Source of the DNA: Thermoanaerobaculia bacterium
GTDB lineage: Bacteria; Acidobacteriota; Thermoanaerobaculia; Multivoradales; Multivoraceae
Assembly: GCA_963666565.1 (NCBI GenBank)
Contig: OY762911.1
Coordinates: forward strand, 3,040,001 to 3,104,000
Direction: 5' to 3'
DNA length: 64,000 bases
Each line of letters begins with the position of its first letter. Position 1 is the first letter of the stretch. The notes under the pieces are model-generated. The model searched no databases. It saw only the letters and a program-made list of their open reading frames with translations, and was not told the origin of the DNA. Shown in pieces: positions 1-9,596 of this stretch. The position numbers and the translations under genes were made by a program.

Positions 1-853
1 ACGTGCCGTGCTCGATCGTCGTGACGCCGGCCCGGATCGCCCGCTTCATGCCCTCCGCGCCGTGGGCGTGGGCGGCGACCATGAAACCGTAGTCCTTCGC
101 CGTCTCGACGATGGCCCGGATCTCCTCCTCCGTGAACTGCGGGTTCTGGCCGCTCTTGGCCAGGCTCAGGACGCCGCCGGTGGCCGTGATCTTGATCAGG
201 TCCGCGCCCTCCTTGTAGCGCTGCCGGACCGCCTTGCGGGCGTCCTCGATGCCGTTGACGATGCCCTGCCTGGGGCCGGGGTCGCCCTGCAGGTCCGGCC
301 GCATGCCGTTCGTGCGGTCGCCGTGACCGCCGGTCGTGGCGAGCGAGGCGGTGGCGGCGAAGATCCGGGGTCCGGGCATGTCACCGCGGTTGATCGCGTT
401 CCGCACCGCCAGGATCGCCGTCGTCTCGCCGCCGACGTCGCGGACGGTCGTGAAGCCGGCGAGCAGCGTCCGCTTCGCGTACATCAGCCCCTTGACCGTC
501 ATGTCGGCCGGCGTCTCCTGGAAGCGCTCGAGGTAGGAGGCGGCGCCGGCCTGCTGCGAGGTCAGGTGGACATGCATGTCCATCAGGCCGGGCAGGACAG
601 TGTGGTCGGACAGGTCGATCAAGGTGTCGCCGTCCTCCGGATCGGCGAGTCCCTCCGCGACGGCTGTGATCGTTTCGCCCTCGACGACGATCGTGTGCCT
701 GCCGAGGACCTCGCCGGCTTCGACGTCGACCAGGGCGCCGGCGTGGATGACGGTGCGGCCGTCGGCGGCGAGGGGTGCGGTCGTCGCGAACAGGAGGAGC
801 GCGGCCAGGGAAAGGAAGGCGGCTACGCGGGATAGGGCGAAACGGTTCGTCAT
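1..853 (-). CDS. Metal-dependent amidohydrolase (Xaa-Pro dipeptidase-like), secreted; runs off window start
   Basis: Translated by hand, not in the ORF track. MTNRFALSRVAAFLSLAALLLFATTAPLAA signal peptide; PGLMDMHVH, GFTTVRD, GADLIKITATGG and VAAHAHG motifs; GGAGG upstream of ATG 853. Confidence 0.88.
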   Translation of the reverse strand, partial: MTNRFALSRVAAFLSLAALLLFATTAPLAADGRTVIHAGALVDVEAGEVLGRHTIVVEGETITAVAEGLADPEDGDTLIDLSDHTVLPGLMDMHVHLTSQQAGAASYLERFQETPADMTVKGLMYAKRTLLAGFTTVRDVGGETTAILAVRNAINRGDMPGPRIFAATASLATTGGHGDRTNGMRPDLQGDPGPRQGIVNGIEDARKAVRQRYKEGADLIKITATGGVLSLAKSGQNPQFTEEEIRAIVETAKDYGFMVAAHAHGAEGMKRAIRAGVTTIEHGT

Positions 854-919
854 CGTCGGGAACCTCCGTTGATCTGGAAGCGGGAAGGGGCCGCGACTGT
901 AGCGCAGCAGGAGGGACAA

Positions 920-1828
920 CTATTGGCGCCCGGACGGGTCCGTACGCGTTGTACCGAACCGGCTGATCGACCAGGTCAGAACGAAGCCGGCGCCGGCGAA
1001 GGCCAGGGCCGATACGGCCTGCAGCGGTGCGGGGGAGGCCGGGTCTTCGAAGGGCCAGAGGCCGACGACGGCGCCCAGGAGGAGCCCCATCAGCACTCCC
1101 AGCGTCGCCTGGCGGAAACGTCGCAGGGCGAACCGCACGGCATTGCTGATGACCGTTGCGCCGGCGGCGATACCCACGAGCACCGGCAGCAGAACGACCG
1201 CCGCTTCGGCGATCGGTTGGACGTCCAGACCGCTGAGTCCTTCCAGTAGCTGTTCGACGGCGCCAAGGATCGGCTCGTACTGGCCGAGGGCCAGGAGCAG
1301 GTAGGCGCCGCTCACGCCGGGCAGAATCATGGCGGCAGCGCCCGCCGCGCCAGCGACCGCGAGCAGGAACGGTCCGCTGGCGGCGGATCCCGCCGCGGTG
1401 GGGCCACTTTGGAGCAGGGCGAGCCCCGCCATGGCGGCGAAACCGCCGGCCGCACCGCCCCGGAACGCAAGGACAGCCGGTTGAGCGAGACGCCAGACCA
1501 GCGGCAAGCCGCCCAGGGTCAGGCCGATGAAGGCGCTGTAGGCGATCCAGCGGTGCTGCACAACGAGGTCGCGCAGGACGCCCGCCAGGAGGAGGATCGC
1601 CAGACCGCTGGACGCGGCGACCACCGCCAGCAGGAGCAGCGGCCGAAGCCGCAGGCGCAGCCGGGTCGTGTCCGCCACGGCCTCGATGAAGCGCGGGTAG
1701 ATGCCGACCGCGAGCAGCATCGTGCCGCCGCTGATACCCGGCACCAGGTTGGCGAGCCCCATCAGGACGCCGCCCGCGACCGCGCGCGGCGCCCAGGAGA
1801 CGACGGACTTCCTCCGATTGCCGGCCAT
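920..1828 (-). CDS. DUF368 family membrane protein (undecaprenyl-phosphate translocase family)
   Basis: Two repeats of the signature, ANLVPGISGGT and AMILPGVSGAYLLL, with many TM helices. Start at ATG 1828 (MAGNRR), 8 nt after a TAGACT -10 box. Confidence 0.85.
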   Translation of the reverse strand: MAGNRRKSVVSWAPRAVAGGVLMGLANLVPGISGGTMLLAVGIYPRFIEAVADTTRLRLRLRPLLLLAVVAASSGLAILLLAGVLRDLVVQHRWIAYSAFIGLTLGGLPLVWRLAQPAVLAFRGGAAGGFAAMAGLALLQSGPTAAGSAASGPFLLAVAGAAGAAAMILPGVSGAYLLLALGQYEPILGAVEQLLEGLSGLDVQPIAEAAVVLLPVLVGIAAGATVISNAVRFALRRFRQATLGVLMGLLLGAVVGLWPFEDPASPAPLQAVSALAFAGAGFVLTWSISRFGTTRTDPSGRQ

Positions 1829-1873
1829 CCGGACGGAGTCTAAGGGCGCTTGGCGATCTGGCCCCCGGTCGGT

Positions 1874-1929
1874 CTGGGAGCTTGCGCCGCGGAACGCTAC
1901 GGGTAAGGTTCCGGGGCGCAAGCTCCCAG
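1874..1929. repeat. 22-bp inverted repeat (1 mismatch, 12-nt loop) in the divergent DUF368/gor intergenic region
   Basis: CTGGGAGCTTGCGCCGCGGAAC (1874-1895) ... GTTCCGGGGCGCAAGCTCCCAG (1908-1929). Confidence 0.85.
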
Positions 1930-1992
1930 GCGAGGACGGGATGGGCCGAAACACCGAGCCTGCGAGGGTTTCGGGGCGCTAGCGTTGCGGCC

Positions 1993-3360
1993 ATGACGGA
2001 CTACGACTACGACCTGTTCGTGATCGGCGCTGGCTCCGGTGGGGTGCGCGCCAGCCGGATGGCCGCCGGCTACGGCGCCCGGGTGGCGGTGGCCGAGGAG
2101 CGCTACCTTGGCGGTACCTGCGTCAACGTCGGCTGCGTGCCGAAGAAGCTGCTGGTCTGCGCCTCGGCCTTCGCCGACCACTACCGGGAGGCCTCGGGTT
2201 TCGGCTGGACGGCGGGGCAACCCGCTTTCGACTGGGGCCAGCTCATCGAGAACAAGAACCGGGAGATCGAGCGGCTCAACGGGATCTACCGCGGCCTGCT
2301 CGACTCAGCCGGCGTCGAGCTGTTCGAGGGCCGGGCGCGGCTGCTCGATCCGCACACCGTCGAAATCGATGCAGGTGGGGCGACCGAGAGCCGCGTTACG
2401 GCGGACCAGATCCTGATCGCCGTCGGCAGTTGGCCCGACATGCCGCCGATCCCGGGCATCGAGCACGCGATCAGCTCCAACGAGGCGTTCTACCTGGAGC
2501 GCCTGCCGGAGCGGGTGGCGGTCGTCGGCGGCGGCTACATCGGTGTCGAGTTCGCGGGCATCTTCGCCGGCCTCGGCAGTCGGGTGACCCTGATCTACCG
2601 CGGTCCGCTGTTCCTGCGCGGATTCGACGAGGAGATCCGCACCCACCTGGCCGAGGAGATGAGGTCGCGGGGGATCGACCTCCGGTTCGACTGCCAGGTC
2701 GACGGGATGGAGAAGCTGCCGGGAAGCGGGGACGATCGTCTACGACTCCACCTCGACGATGGCGGCACGGTCGACTGCGGCGAAGTGCTCTACGCCACCG
2801 GCCGCCGGCCCCTGGTCGCCGACCTGGGACTGGAGAACTGCGGCGTGGAGCTCGGCGAGCAGGGCGAGATCGTCGTCGACGAGTTTTCGCGTAGCAACGT
2901 GCCGAACATCTGGGCGATTGGCGACGTTACGGACCGCCTCAACCTGACTCCGGTCGCGATTCACGAGGCGATGTGCCTGAGTCGGACCCTGTTCGCCGGG
3001 GAGCCGACTCCCGTCGACCACGAAGCCGTCGCCACCGCCGTCTTCAGCCAGCCGCCTTTGGCCGCGGTCGGCCTGACCGAGGAGGAGGCAAGAGCCGGCT
3101 ACGGCGACGTCGACGTGTACAGGAGCCGCTTCCGGCCGCTCAAGCTGACCTTGACCGACAACCGGGAGCGCACTCTGGTCAAGCTGATCGTCGATCGCTC
3201 CGGCGGGCGTGTTCTCGGGGCGCACATGCTGGGCGCCGACGCGCCGGAGATCGTCCAGGGCCTCGCGGTGGCGGTCAAGATGGGCGCGACGAAGGACGAC
3301 TTCGACGCCGCCATGGCGATCCACCCGACCTCGGCCGAGGAGTTCGTCACGCTCCGCTGA
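1993..3360 (+). CDS. gor: Glutathione-disulfide reductase
   Basis: YDLFVIGAGSGG FAD motif, GGTCVNVGCVPKK redox disulfide, GGGYIGVE NADPH motif, C-terminal IHPTSAEEF. Confidence 0.95.
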   Translation: MTDYDYDLFVIGAGSGGVRASRMAAGYGARVAVAEERYLGGTCVNVGCVPKKLLVCASAFADHYREASGFGWTAGQPAFDWGQLIENKNREIERLNGIYRGLLDSAGVELFEGRARLLDPHTVEIDAGGATESRVTADQILIAVGSWPDMPPIPGIEHAISSNEAFYLERLPERVAVVGGGYIGVEFAGIFAGLGSRVTLIYRGPLFLRGFDEEIRTHLAEEMRSRGIDLRFDCQVDGMEKLPGSGDDRLRLHLDDGGTVDCGEVLYATGRRPLVADLGLENCGVELGEQGEIVVDEFSRSNVPNIWAIGDVTDRLNLTPVAIHEAMCLSRTLFAGEPTPVDHEAVATAVFSQPPLAAVGLTEEEARAGYGDVDVYRSRFRPLKLTLTDNRERTLVKLIVDRSGGRVLGAHMLGADAPEIVQGLAVAVKMGATKDDFDAAMAIHPTSAEEFVTLR

Positions 3361-3372
3361 CCTGGCGGCAAA

Positions 3373-3414
3373 CTGGGTGCGCGGGTCTTCCGACCCGCTG
3401 CCGCCGAAGGCGGC
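3373..3414 (+). repeat. REP-like palindrome, copy 1 (between convergent gor and gshB)
   Basis: CTGGGTGCGCGGGTCTTCCGACCCGC followed by TGCCGCCGAAGGCGGC. Confidence 0.9.
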
Positions 3415-3461
3415 CCGGACAACGCGCCGGCCGTCAGGCCGGCGCCGCCTTGGTCCGAAGG

Positions 3462-4415
3462 TCAGGCTGCTCGGCGTCTGCGTTCCACCGCGTCGAGCAC
3501 GTCGACTTCCAGGCGCGGTCCGCCCAGATCGGCAATCTCGCGCAGGCCGGTGGGGCTGGTGACGTTGACCTCGGTCAGCCAGCCGCCGATCACGTCGATG
3601 CCGGCGAAGACGATCCCGAGCCGCACGAGGTCGGGGCCGATCGCGTCGGCGATCTCGCGGTCGCGGTCGTCCACCTCCGTGGCCGCCGGCTGGCCGCCGA
3701 CATGGAAGTTCGCCCGCGATTCGCCCTCGGCGGGTACCCGGAGCACCGCGCCGAGCGCCTGGCCCTCAACGAGGATCACCCGCTTGTCCCCCTGCCGGAT
3801 CTCCGGCAGGTAGCGCTGGGCCATGATGTAGCGGCTCCCGTGCGCGGTGGCCGCCTCCAGGATGGCACTGGTGTTCCGGTCGCCGGCCTTGACGTGGAAG
3901 ATGCCCTCGCCGCCGGCGCCGTCGAGCGGCTTGACGATCATCTCGCCGCCCATCTCCTCCTGGAAGGCGAGCAGGTCCGCGATGCGTCGGCTGACCCGGG
4001 CCGGCGGGCAGACCTCCGGGAAGCGAAGCGCGAACAGCTTCTCGTTCGCGTCGCGGAGCGACAGCGGTTCGTTCACGACGAGCGTGCTCTTCGCCACCAT
4101 GGACAGGAGATGCGTGGCGTAGAAGAACGCCATGTCGAACGGCGGGTCCTTGCGCATCCAGACGACATCGAACTCGTCCAGGAAGGCGGGATGGCCAGCG
4201 TCGAGTTCGTACCAGGCGCCGCCGTTCTCCGGGTCGACGGTACGGGTAGGAATCGCCTCCGCCCGCGGCCGGCCTTGCGGCCCCAGGCCCAGCGTGTCGA
4301 TCGTGCAGACGGCCAGCTCGTGCCCGCGGCGGTCCGCCTCGCGCAGGAACGCGATCGTCGTGTCCTTCTCGGGGTCGAGACGCTCGATCGGATCGATGAC
4401 GAAGAGGTGGCGCAT
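3462..4415 (-). CDS. gshB: Glutathione synthetase
   Basis: KDTT, WMRKDPPFD, NEK, VKPLDGAGGEGIF, GDKR, RANFHVGG, GIDVIGGWLTEVNVTSPTG. Confidence 0.95.
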   Translation of the reverse strand: MRHLFVIDPIERLDPEKDTTIAFLREADRRGHELAVCTIDTLGLGPQGRPRAEAIPTRTVDPENGGAWYELDAGHPAFLDEFDVVWMRKDPPFDMAFFYATHLLSMVAKSTLVVNEPLSLRDANEKLFALRFPEVCPPARVSRRIADLLAFQEEMGGEMIVKPLDGAGGEGIFHVKAGDRNTSAILEAATAHGSRYIMAQRYLPEIRQGDKRVILVEGQALGAVLRVPAEGESRANFHVGGQPAATEVDDRDREIADAIGPDLVRLGIVFAGIDVIGGWLTEVNVTSPTGLREIADLGGPRLEVDVLDAVERRRRAA

Positions 4416-4483
4416 GGGGCGGCGGGACGGTTCGAGCGGCGGCGCAAGCTATCACGCGCCATTCGGCGTTGCGGGTCTCGCCG

Positions 4484-4590
4484 CTGGGTGCGCGGGTCTT
4501 CCGACCCGCTGCCGCCGAAGGCGGCCGGAGAGGAGGGCTGGCCAGAGGCCGGCTCCGCCCGTGAGCGGGTCGGAAGACCCGCGCACCCAG
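4484..4590. repeat. Inverted REP doublet (REPIN/BIME-like), copies 2 and 3
   Basis: CTGGGTGCGCGGGTCTTCCGACCCGC at 4484-4509 and its exact reverse complement at 4565-4590. Confidence 0.9.
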
Positions 4591-4645
4591 TGGACGGGCC
4601 GTTCCATGCGCGCCAACGCAGCGAACGCTCCTAGAATGCGGCGCG

Positions 4646-5266
4646 ATGCACCACGAGGCGCGACCCGTCTGGCTCTTCGGCTACGGCTCGCTGATCTTCC
4701 GGCCGGCGATCCCCTTCGTGGAACGCCGGCCCGCCCGCGTCCGGGGCTGGGCCCGGCGATTCTGGCAGTGGTCGACGGACCATCGCGGCGAACCGTGGCG
4801 CCCCGGCCGGGTCGTGACGCTTGCGCCGGTGCCGGACGGGGCTTGCTGGGGCATGGCGTACCTGCTCCCTGAAGCGGACGCCGAGGCCATCCTTGCCGAT
4901 CTCGACGTGCGGGAGCGCGGCGGCTACGTGCGCATCGAGATCGAACTCGAACTGGAACCGCCCGCCGAGGGAGCATCGGGCCCCGCAGCGTCGGTGCCGC
5001 AAGTCGTCGCCGGCCTCACCTACCAAGGCTGGCCCGGCAACCGGAACTACGCCGGCCCGGCTTCGATCACCGAGATCGCGTCACAGGTCGCGGAAGCAAC
5101 AGGTCCGAGCGGCGCCAACGCCGACTACGTGCGCGACCTGCACGCCGCACTCGAAACCCTCGGCGCCGAGGACACCCACGTCGCGGCCCTGGCCGCCAGG
5201 CTCCGGGACCCGTCCCCCGTGCTCGGTTCGGGCGGGTGCTGTGCTACGGCGCCATCGCGCCGGTGA
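4646..5266 (+). CDS. chaC: ChaC-family glutathione-specific gamma-glutamylcyclotransferase
   Basis: WLFGYGSLIF, RRFWQWSTDHRGEPWRPGRVVTL, LDVRERGGY, GPSGANADY. Confidence 0.9.
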   Translation: MHHEARPVWLFGYGSLIFRPAIPFVERRPARVRGWARRFWQWSTDHRGEPWRPGRVVTLAPVPDGACWGMAYLLPEADAEAILADLDVRERGGYVRIEIELELEPPAEGASGPAASVPQVVAGLTYQGWPGNRNYAGPASITEIASQVAEATGPSGANADYVRDLHAALETLGAEDTHVAALAARLRDPSPVLGSGGCCATAPSRR

Positions 5267-6878
5267 CGCCGACGTCTCGGCCCTGCGGGTCGATCAGTAC
5301 GCCCGGGTTCATCAGGCCGTCCGGGTCGACCGCCGCCTTGGCGCCGGCGAGGGCGCGGGCGAACACGTCGGGGCGCTGGCGGTCGTAGCCGGCCGGTCGG
5401 TGGTCGCGGCCGACGGCGTGGTGGTGGGTCACCGTGCCGCCCTCGTCGACGACCGCTTCGTTGGCCGCCAGCTTGATCTCGCGCCACTGGTCGCCGAGGC
5501 GATCCCAGTCGCCCAGGGCGGAGAAGGTGAAGTACGGCGCCGGTCCGTCCGGGTAGACGTGCGTGAACCGGCAGGTGACCCGGCCGGCCCTGCCGGTCGC
5601 CTGCTCGAGGATCTCGGCGGTCCGGGCCATGATCCGGGCGTGAAAGTCGGCGAAGCGGTCCCAGGTGATCGCGGTTTCGAACGTGTCGCCGATCAGGCCG
5701 AGCGGCACGCCGACCTCGCGGAAGTAGGGTCCCTTGATGAAGGCGTCGCGCCAGGCCCCGGCGGCGCCTTCCCGGTGGGACCGTCCGGCCGAGGCGCTGT
5801 GGTCGCCGCCGCAGTCCGCGGTGAGCTCGAGCGCCCGCTTCATCCATGCGTCGACCGGGTGATCGGCGGACTCGAAGCCGAGGACGAGCAGTGACGTCGA
5901 CCCGTCGCCGGCGCCCGCGCCGGCGGTCTCCTGGGCGTCGATCAGGCGGCAGTTCGAGGGGTAGAGGCCGCTCTGGGCCAGCATCCGCACGGCCTCGGCC
6001 GCGCTCGCGTAGTCGGCGAAGTGGACCGCGGCCGAGCCGCGATGCGTCGGCCGGTCCTGGAGCCGCATCCAGGCCTCCGTGATCACGCCGAGGATCCCCT
6101 CCGAGCCGATGACCATCCGGTCGGGCGACGGTCCGGCGCCGGAGCCGGGGAGCCGCCGCGTCTCCATGACGCCTTGAGGCGTCACGGTCGTCGTCGCCTC
6201 GACGAAGTCGTCGATGTGCGTGTAGAGGCTGGCGAAGTGACCGCCCGAGCGGGTCGCGATCCAGCCGCCGAGCGTGGAGTGTTCGAAGCTCTGCGGGAAG
6301 TGGCGGAGCGTCAGCCCGTGCTCCCGGAGCTGGGCCTCGATGCGAGGCCCGCGGGCACCGCCCTGGATGCGCGCGGCACGGCTCGCGCGATCGACCTCCA
6401 GCACCCTGTCGAGCTTGAGCAGGTCGATCGTCACCGCGCCGGCGTAGCTGTCGCCGACCGCCGGTTCGACGCCGCCGACCACACTCGAACCGCCGCCGAA
6501 GGGAATCGCCGCGGCGCCAGCGTCGCCCGCCCAGTCGAGGATGCGGACGACGTCGTCCGTCGTTTCCGGGTAGGCCACGAGATCGGGCGGTTCGGGAACC
6601 TCGCGCTTGAACATCCGCACCGCGTCCGGGAAGGACTTGCCGTAGGCGTGGAGGAGGCGTTCGTACGGGTCGTCGCGGAACAGCGCCGCCAGCGAGGCGG
6701 GCGGCCGCAGGCGGGGCGCCCGGAGGTCGAAGTCGCCGGCCTGGGGCACGGTCGCGCGGGGTTTCAGCGAGAGGCCGAACCGTTCCTCGGTCTGGCGCCG
6801 GAAAGCCTCGGCCTCGGCGGCGGTGAGCCCCTGGCCCTCGTACCCCCAACCGCAGAGCTTGCGTTTCGCCTCCGTCAT
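5244..6878 (-). CDS. FAD-linked oxidase (alkyl-DHAP synthase/GlcD-like)
   Basis: PFGGGSSVVGG, HFPQSFEHSTLGGWIATRSGG, GSEGILGVIT, THHHAVG. Start trimmed to ATG 6878 (MTEAKRK) with AGGAGG upstream. Confidence 0.88.
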   Translation of the reverse strand: MTEAKRKLCGWGYEGQGLTAAEAEAFRRQTEERFGLSLKPRATVPQAGDFDLRAPRLRPPASLAALFRDDPYERLLHAYGKSFPDAVRMFKREVPEPPDLVAYPETTDDVVRILDWAGDAGAAAIPFGGGSSVVGGVEPAVGDSYAGAVTIDLLKLDRVLEVDRASRAARIQGGARGPRIEAQLREHGLTLRHFPQSFEHSTLGGWIATRSGGHFASLYTHIDDFVEATTTVTPQGVMETRRLPGSGAGPSPDRMVIGSEGILGVITEAWMRLQDRPTHRGSAAVHFADYASAAEAVRMLAQSGLYPSNCRLIDAQETAGAGAGDGSTSLLVLGFESADHPVDAWMKRALELTADCGGDHSASAGRSHREGAAGAWRDAFIKGPYFREVGVPLGLIGDTFETAITWDRFADFHARIMARTAEILEQATGRAGRVTCRFTHVYPDGPAPYFTFSALGDWDRLGDQWREIKLAANEAVVDEGGTVTHHHAVGRDHRPAGYDRQRPDVFARALAGAKAAVDPDGLMNPGVLIDPQGRDVGVTGAMAP

Positions 6879-6929
6879 CAGAACCTCCTTGGCGCCGCAC
6901 GATAGCGGAGCATCTACAATCCCCGTCCA

Positions 6930-8483
6930 ATGTCCTGGCAGTCCGAGGTCGACGAGATCGAACGCCGCCGGCGCCTGGCGCTGGCGATGGGTGGCGAGGA
7001 GGCAGTGGCGCGCCAGCACGAGCGCGGGCGTCTCACCGTGCGCGAGCGGATCGAGCGGATCGCCGATCCGGGGTCCTTCATCGAGGAGGGCCGCCAGGCC
7101 GGGGCCGCCGAGGTCGACGAGGACGGTCGCGTCGTCGCGTTCACGCCGGCGAACTACGTCGTCGGCTTTGCCGATGTCGGCGGCGGCCGGGTGATTGTGG
7201 CCGGCGAGGACTTCACCCAGGCCGGCGGCTCGCCGTCGCCGGCCGGGCTGCGCAAGAGCGTCTACTCGGAGGAGCTCGCTCTCAAGTACCGGCTGCCGCT
7301 CGTGCGCTTCCTCGAAGGGGGCGGCGGCAGCGTTCGCGGCAGCGCGGGACGCCAGAAGGGGGCGCCGAAGACGCCGCCCCGCCCGATGGGCGAGCCGGTG
7401 TACTCGCGTGCCCGCTTCTGGTCGATCGCCGAGATTCTGCGGACCGTGCCGGTGGCCTCGATCGGGGTCGGCGCGGTGGCGGGGTTTCCCGCGGCGCGCC
7501 TGGTGGCGTCGCACTTCTCCGTCATGACGCGGCACACGGCGCAGATCCTGATCGGCGGACCGGCGCTGGTCGAGCGGGCGCTGGGCGAGAAGAAGACGAA
7601 GGACGAACTCGGCGGCTGGCAGGTCCATTCCCGCAGCGGCGTCGTCGACAACGTGGCCGAGGACGAGGACGACGCGATGGAGCAGGTGCGCCGCTTCCTG
7701 AGCTACCTGCCCTCGAACGTGGACTCGCTGCCGCCCCGGCGCAAGGCGGGCGATCCGGCGAACCGGCGCGAGAAACGGCTGCTAGAGATCGTGCCGCGGG
7801 ACCGGCGGTTTCTGTACGACATGCGCGAGGCGATCTCGCTGGTCGTCGACCGGGACAGCTTCTTCGAGATGACTCCGGGCTACGGGCCGTCCCAGATCAC
7901 GGGTCTGGCGCGGGTCGACGGGCATTCCGTCGGCGTGGTGGCCAACGACTGCAGGCACATCGGCGGCGCGATGGACGCCGCCGGGGCGCAGAAGTTCCGG
8001 CGCTTCATCGAGTTCTGCGAGACCTTCCACCTGCCGATCCTCAGCCTGGTGGACGAGCCCGGCTTCATGATCGGCTCGGAGTCGGAGGCGTCCGGGACGA
8101 TTCGTTACGGCATGGAGGCGATCGCGGCGACCGTCCGTTCCACCGTGCCCTGGTGCGCGGTGCAGATCCGCAAGTCGTACGGCGTCGCCGCGGCGGCCCA
8201 CTACGGCCCCGGCGGCCGGGTGCTGATCTGGCCCTCGGCCGAGAGCGGGGCTTTGCCGATCGAGGGCGGCGTCGCGGTCGCCTTCCGGCGCGAGATCGCC
8301 GCGGCGCCGGACCCGGACAAGAAACGGGCCGAACTGGAGGCCCGGTTCGCCAAGCGCCGCACTCCCTTCCCGCGGGCCGAGGGGTTCTCGGTCCATGATC
8401 TGATCGACCCGCGGAGCACGCGCGCCGAGGTCGTCAAGTGGCTGAACCTGTCCGAGCCGCTGCTCGCGTCGCGGGTGCGGTAG
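6930..8483 (+). CDS. Acyl-CoA carboxylase carboxyltransferase (beta) subunit
   Basis: MGGEEAVARQHERGRLTVRERI, GGPALVERA, ELGG, DEPGFMIG, IDPRSTR. Confidence 0.88.
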   Translation: MSWQSEVDEIERRRRLALAMGGEEAVARQHERGRLTVRERIERIADPGSFIEEGRQAGAAEVDEDGRVVAFTPANYVVGFADVGGGRVIVAGEDFTQAGGSPSPAGLRKSVYSEELALKYRLPLVRFLEGGGGSVRGSAGRQKGAPKTPPRPMGEPVYSRARFWSIAEILRTVPVASIGVGAVAGFPAARLVASHFSVMTRHTAQILIGGPALVERALGEKKTKDELGGWQVHSRSGVVDNVAEDEDDAMEQVRRFLSYLPSNVDSLPPRRKAGDPANRREKRLLEIVPRDRRFLYDMREAISLVVDRDSFFEMTPGYGPSQITGLARVDGHSVGVVANDCRHIGGAMDAAGAQKFRRFIEFCETFHLPILSLVDEPGFMIGSESEASGTIRYGMEAIAATVRSTVPWCAVQIRKSYGVAAAAHYGPGGRVLIWPSAESGALPIEGGVAVAFRREIAAAPDPDKKRAELEARFAKRRTPFPRAEGFSVHDLIDPRSTRAEVVKWLNLSEPLLASRVR

Positions 8484-8504
8484 GAGAAACCCAAGGAGAC
8501 GAAC

Positions 8505-9323
8505 ATGCCTGTGAACCGAGCGACGAAGATCGCGGCCATCGCCGGAACGTGCCTGCTGCTCGCCGCGGCTGCCGCCGCTCAGCAGCAGCCCATCGGCTAC
8601 GAGGACACGCCGAAGCTGCCCAGCCTGCCGTGGAAGGTACACGACCCGAACCGGCCCGTGCCGCCGGTCGTCGCCTCCGGCGCCTCGTTCAGCGACATGG
8701 CCCCGGCGCCGGCCGACGCCGTCGTCCTGTTCGACGGCACGGACCTCTCGAAGTGGCAGAAGCCGAACGGCGACGAACCCGAGTGGAAGGTCGAGAACGG
8801 CTACATGGAGGTCACGTCGACCGGCTCCATCCGCACGCGCGACGAGTTCGGCGACTTCCAGCTCCACCTGGAGTTCGCGACCCCGGCCAAGGTAGAGAGC
8901 AACAGCCAGGGCCGCGGCAACAGCGGCGTGATGATCTACGGCGACTACGAGATCCAGATCCTCGACTCGTACGAGAACCGGACCTACGCCGACGGCCAGG
9001 CGGGGGCGATCTACGGCCAGACGCCGCCCATGGTCAACTCGTCCCGGCCCCCCGGTGAATGGCAGACGTACGACATCGTCTTCGAGGCGCCGCGCTGGCA
9101 GGACGGCGAACTGACGAAGAAGGCGAACGTCACCGTGCTCCACAACGGCGTCGTCATCCATCACAAGAAGGAGTACATCGGCCGGACGATCCACCGCCGG
9201 GTCGGCGTCTACGACCGCCCGCACGAGCCGCGCGGCTGGATCGGCCTCCAGGACCACCGCAACCCGACGAGGTTTCGTAACATCTGGGTACGGGAACTGC
9301 CGGGCTACAGCGGCGGCGGCTGA
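8505..9323 (+). CDS. DUF1080 / 3-keto-disaccharide hydrolase family, secreted
   Basis: Signal peptide; LFDGTDLSKW, FGDFQLHLEF, GNSGV, YEIQILD, LQDH, FRNIW. Confidence 0.9.
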   Translation: MPVNRATKIAAIAGTCLLLAAAAAAQQQPIGYEDTPKLPSLPWKVHDPNRPVPPVVASGASFSDMAPAPADAVVLFDGTDLSKWQKPNGDEPEWKVENGYMEVTSTGSIRTRDEFGDFQLHLEFATPAKVESNSQGRGNSGVMIYGDYEIQILDSYENRTYADGQAGAIYGQTPPMVNSSRPPGEWQTYDIVFEAPRWQDGELTKKANVTVLHNGVVIHHKKEYIGRTIHRRVGVYDRPHEPRGWIGLQDHRNPTRFRNIWVRELPGYSGGG

Positions 9324-9335
9324 GAGGGAGGATCG

Positions 9336-9596
9336 ATGAGCGACGAGCAGCAGAAGGAAGTGGAGCGGAACTACGCGGCCTTCAAGACCTTGCTCCCGGA
9401 ACTTCTGAAGAGCGACGCCAAGCGGTTTGCGCTGATGCGCGGAGGCAAGGTGGTCACCTGCTTCGATACGAGTCGCGACGCGATCGAGGCGGGCCGTCAG
9501 TTGTTTCCGGATCGGCCGTTCTCCATTCAGGAGATCACCGACCGAAGGGTCGATCTCGGGTACTTCTCGCGTGTCCGCGTACTCGGGCAGGTTTGA
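9336..9596 (+). CDS. Small DUF5678-like protein
   Basis: 86 aa with AF..LLPELL...RFALMRGGKVV..FDT..DA..AG pattern; GAGGGAGG RBS; overlaps the next gene by 26 nt. Confidence 0.6.
   Translation: MSDEQQKEVERNYAAFKTLLPELLKSDAKRFALMRGGKVVTCFDTSRDAIEAGRQLFPDRPFSIQEITDRRVDLGYFSRVRVLGQV

Noticed and set aside
5244-5266. 23-nt convergent overlap of chaC and the FAD oxidase
   Set aside because: Short 3' overlaps are common in GC-rich genomes; no further signal.
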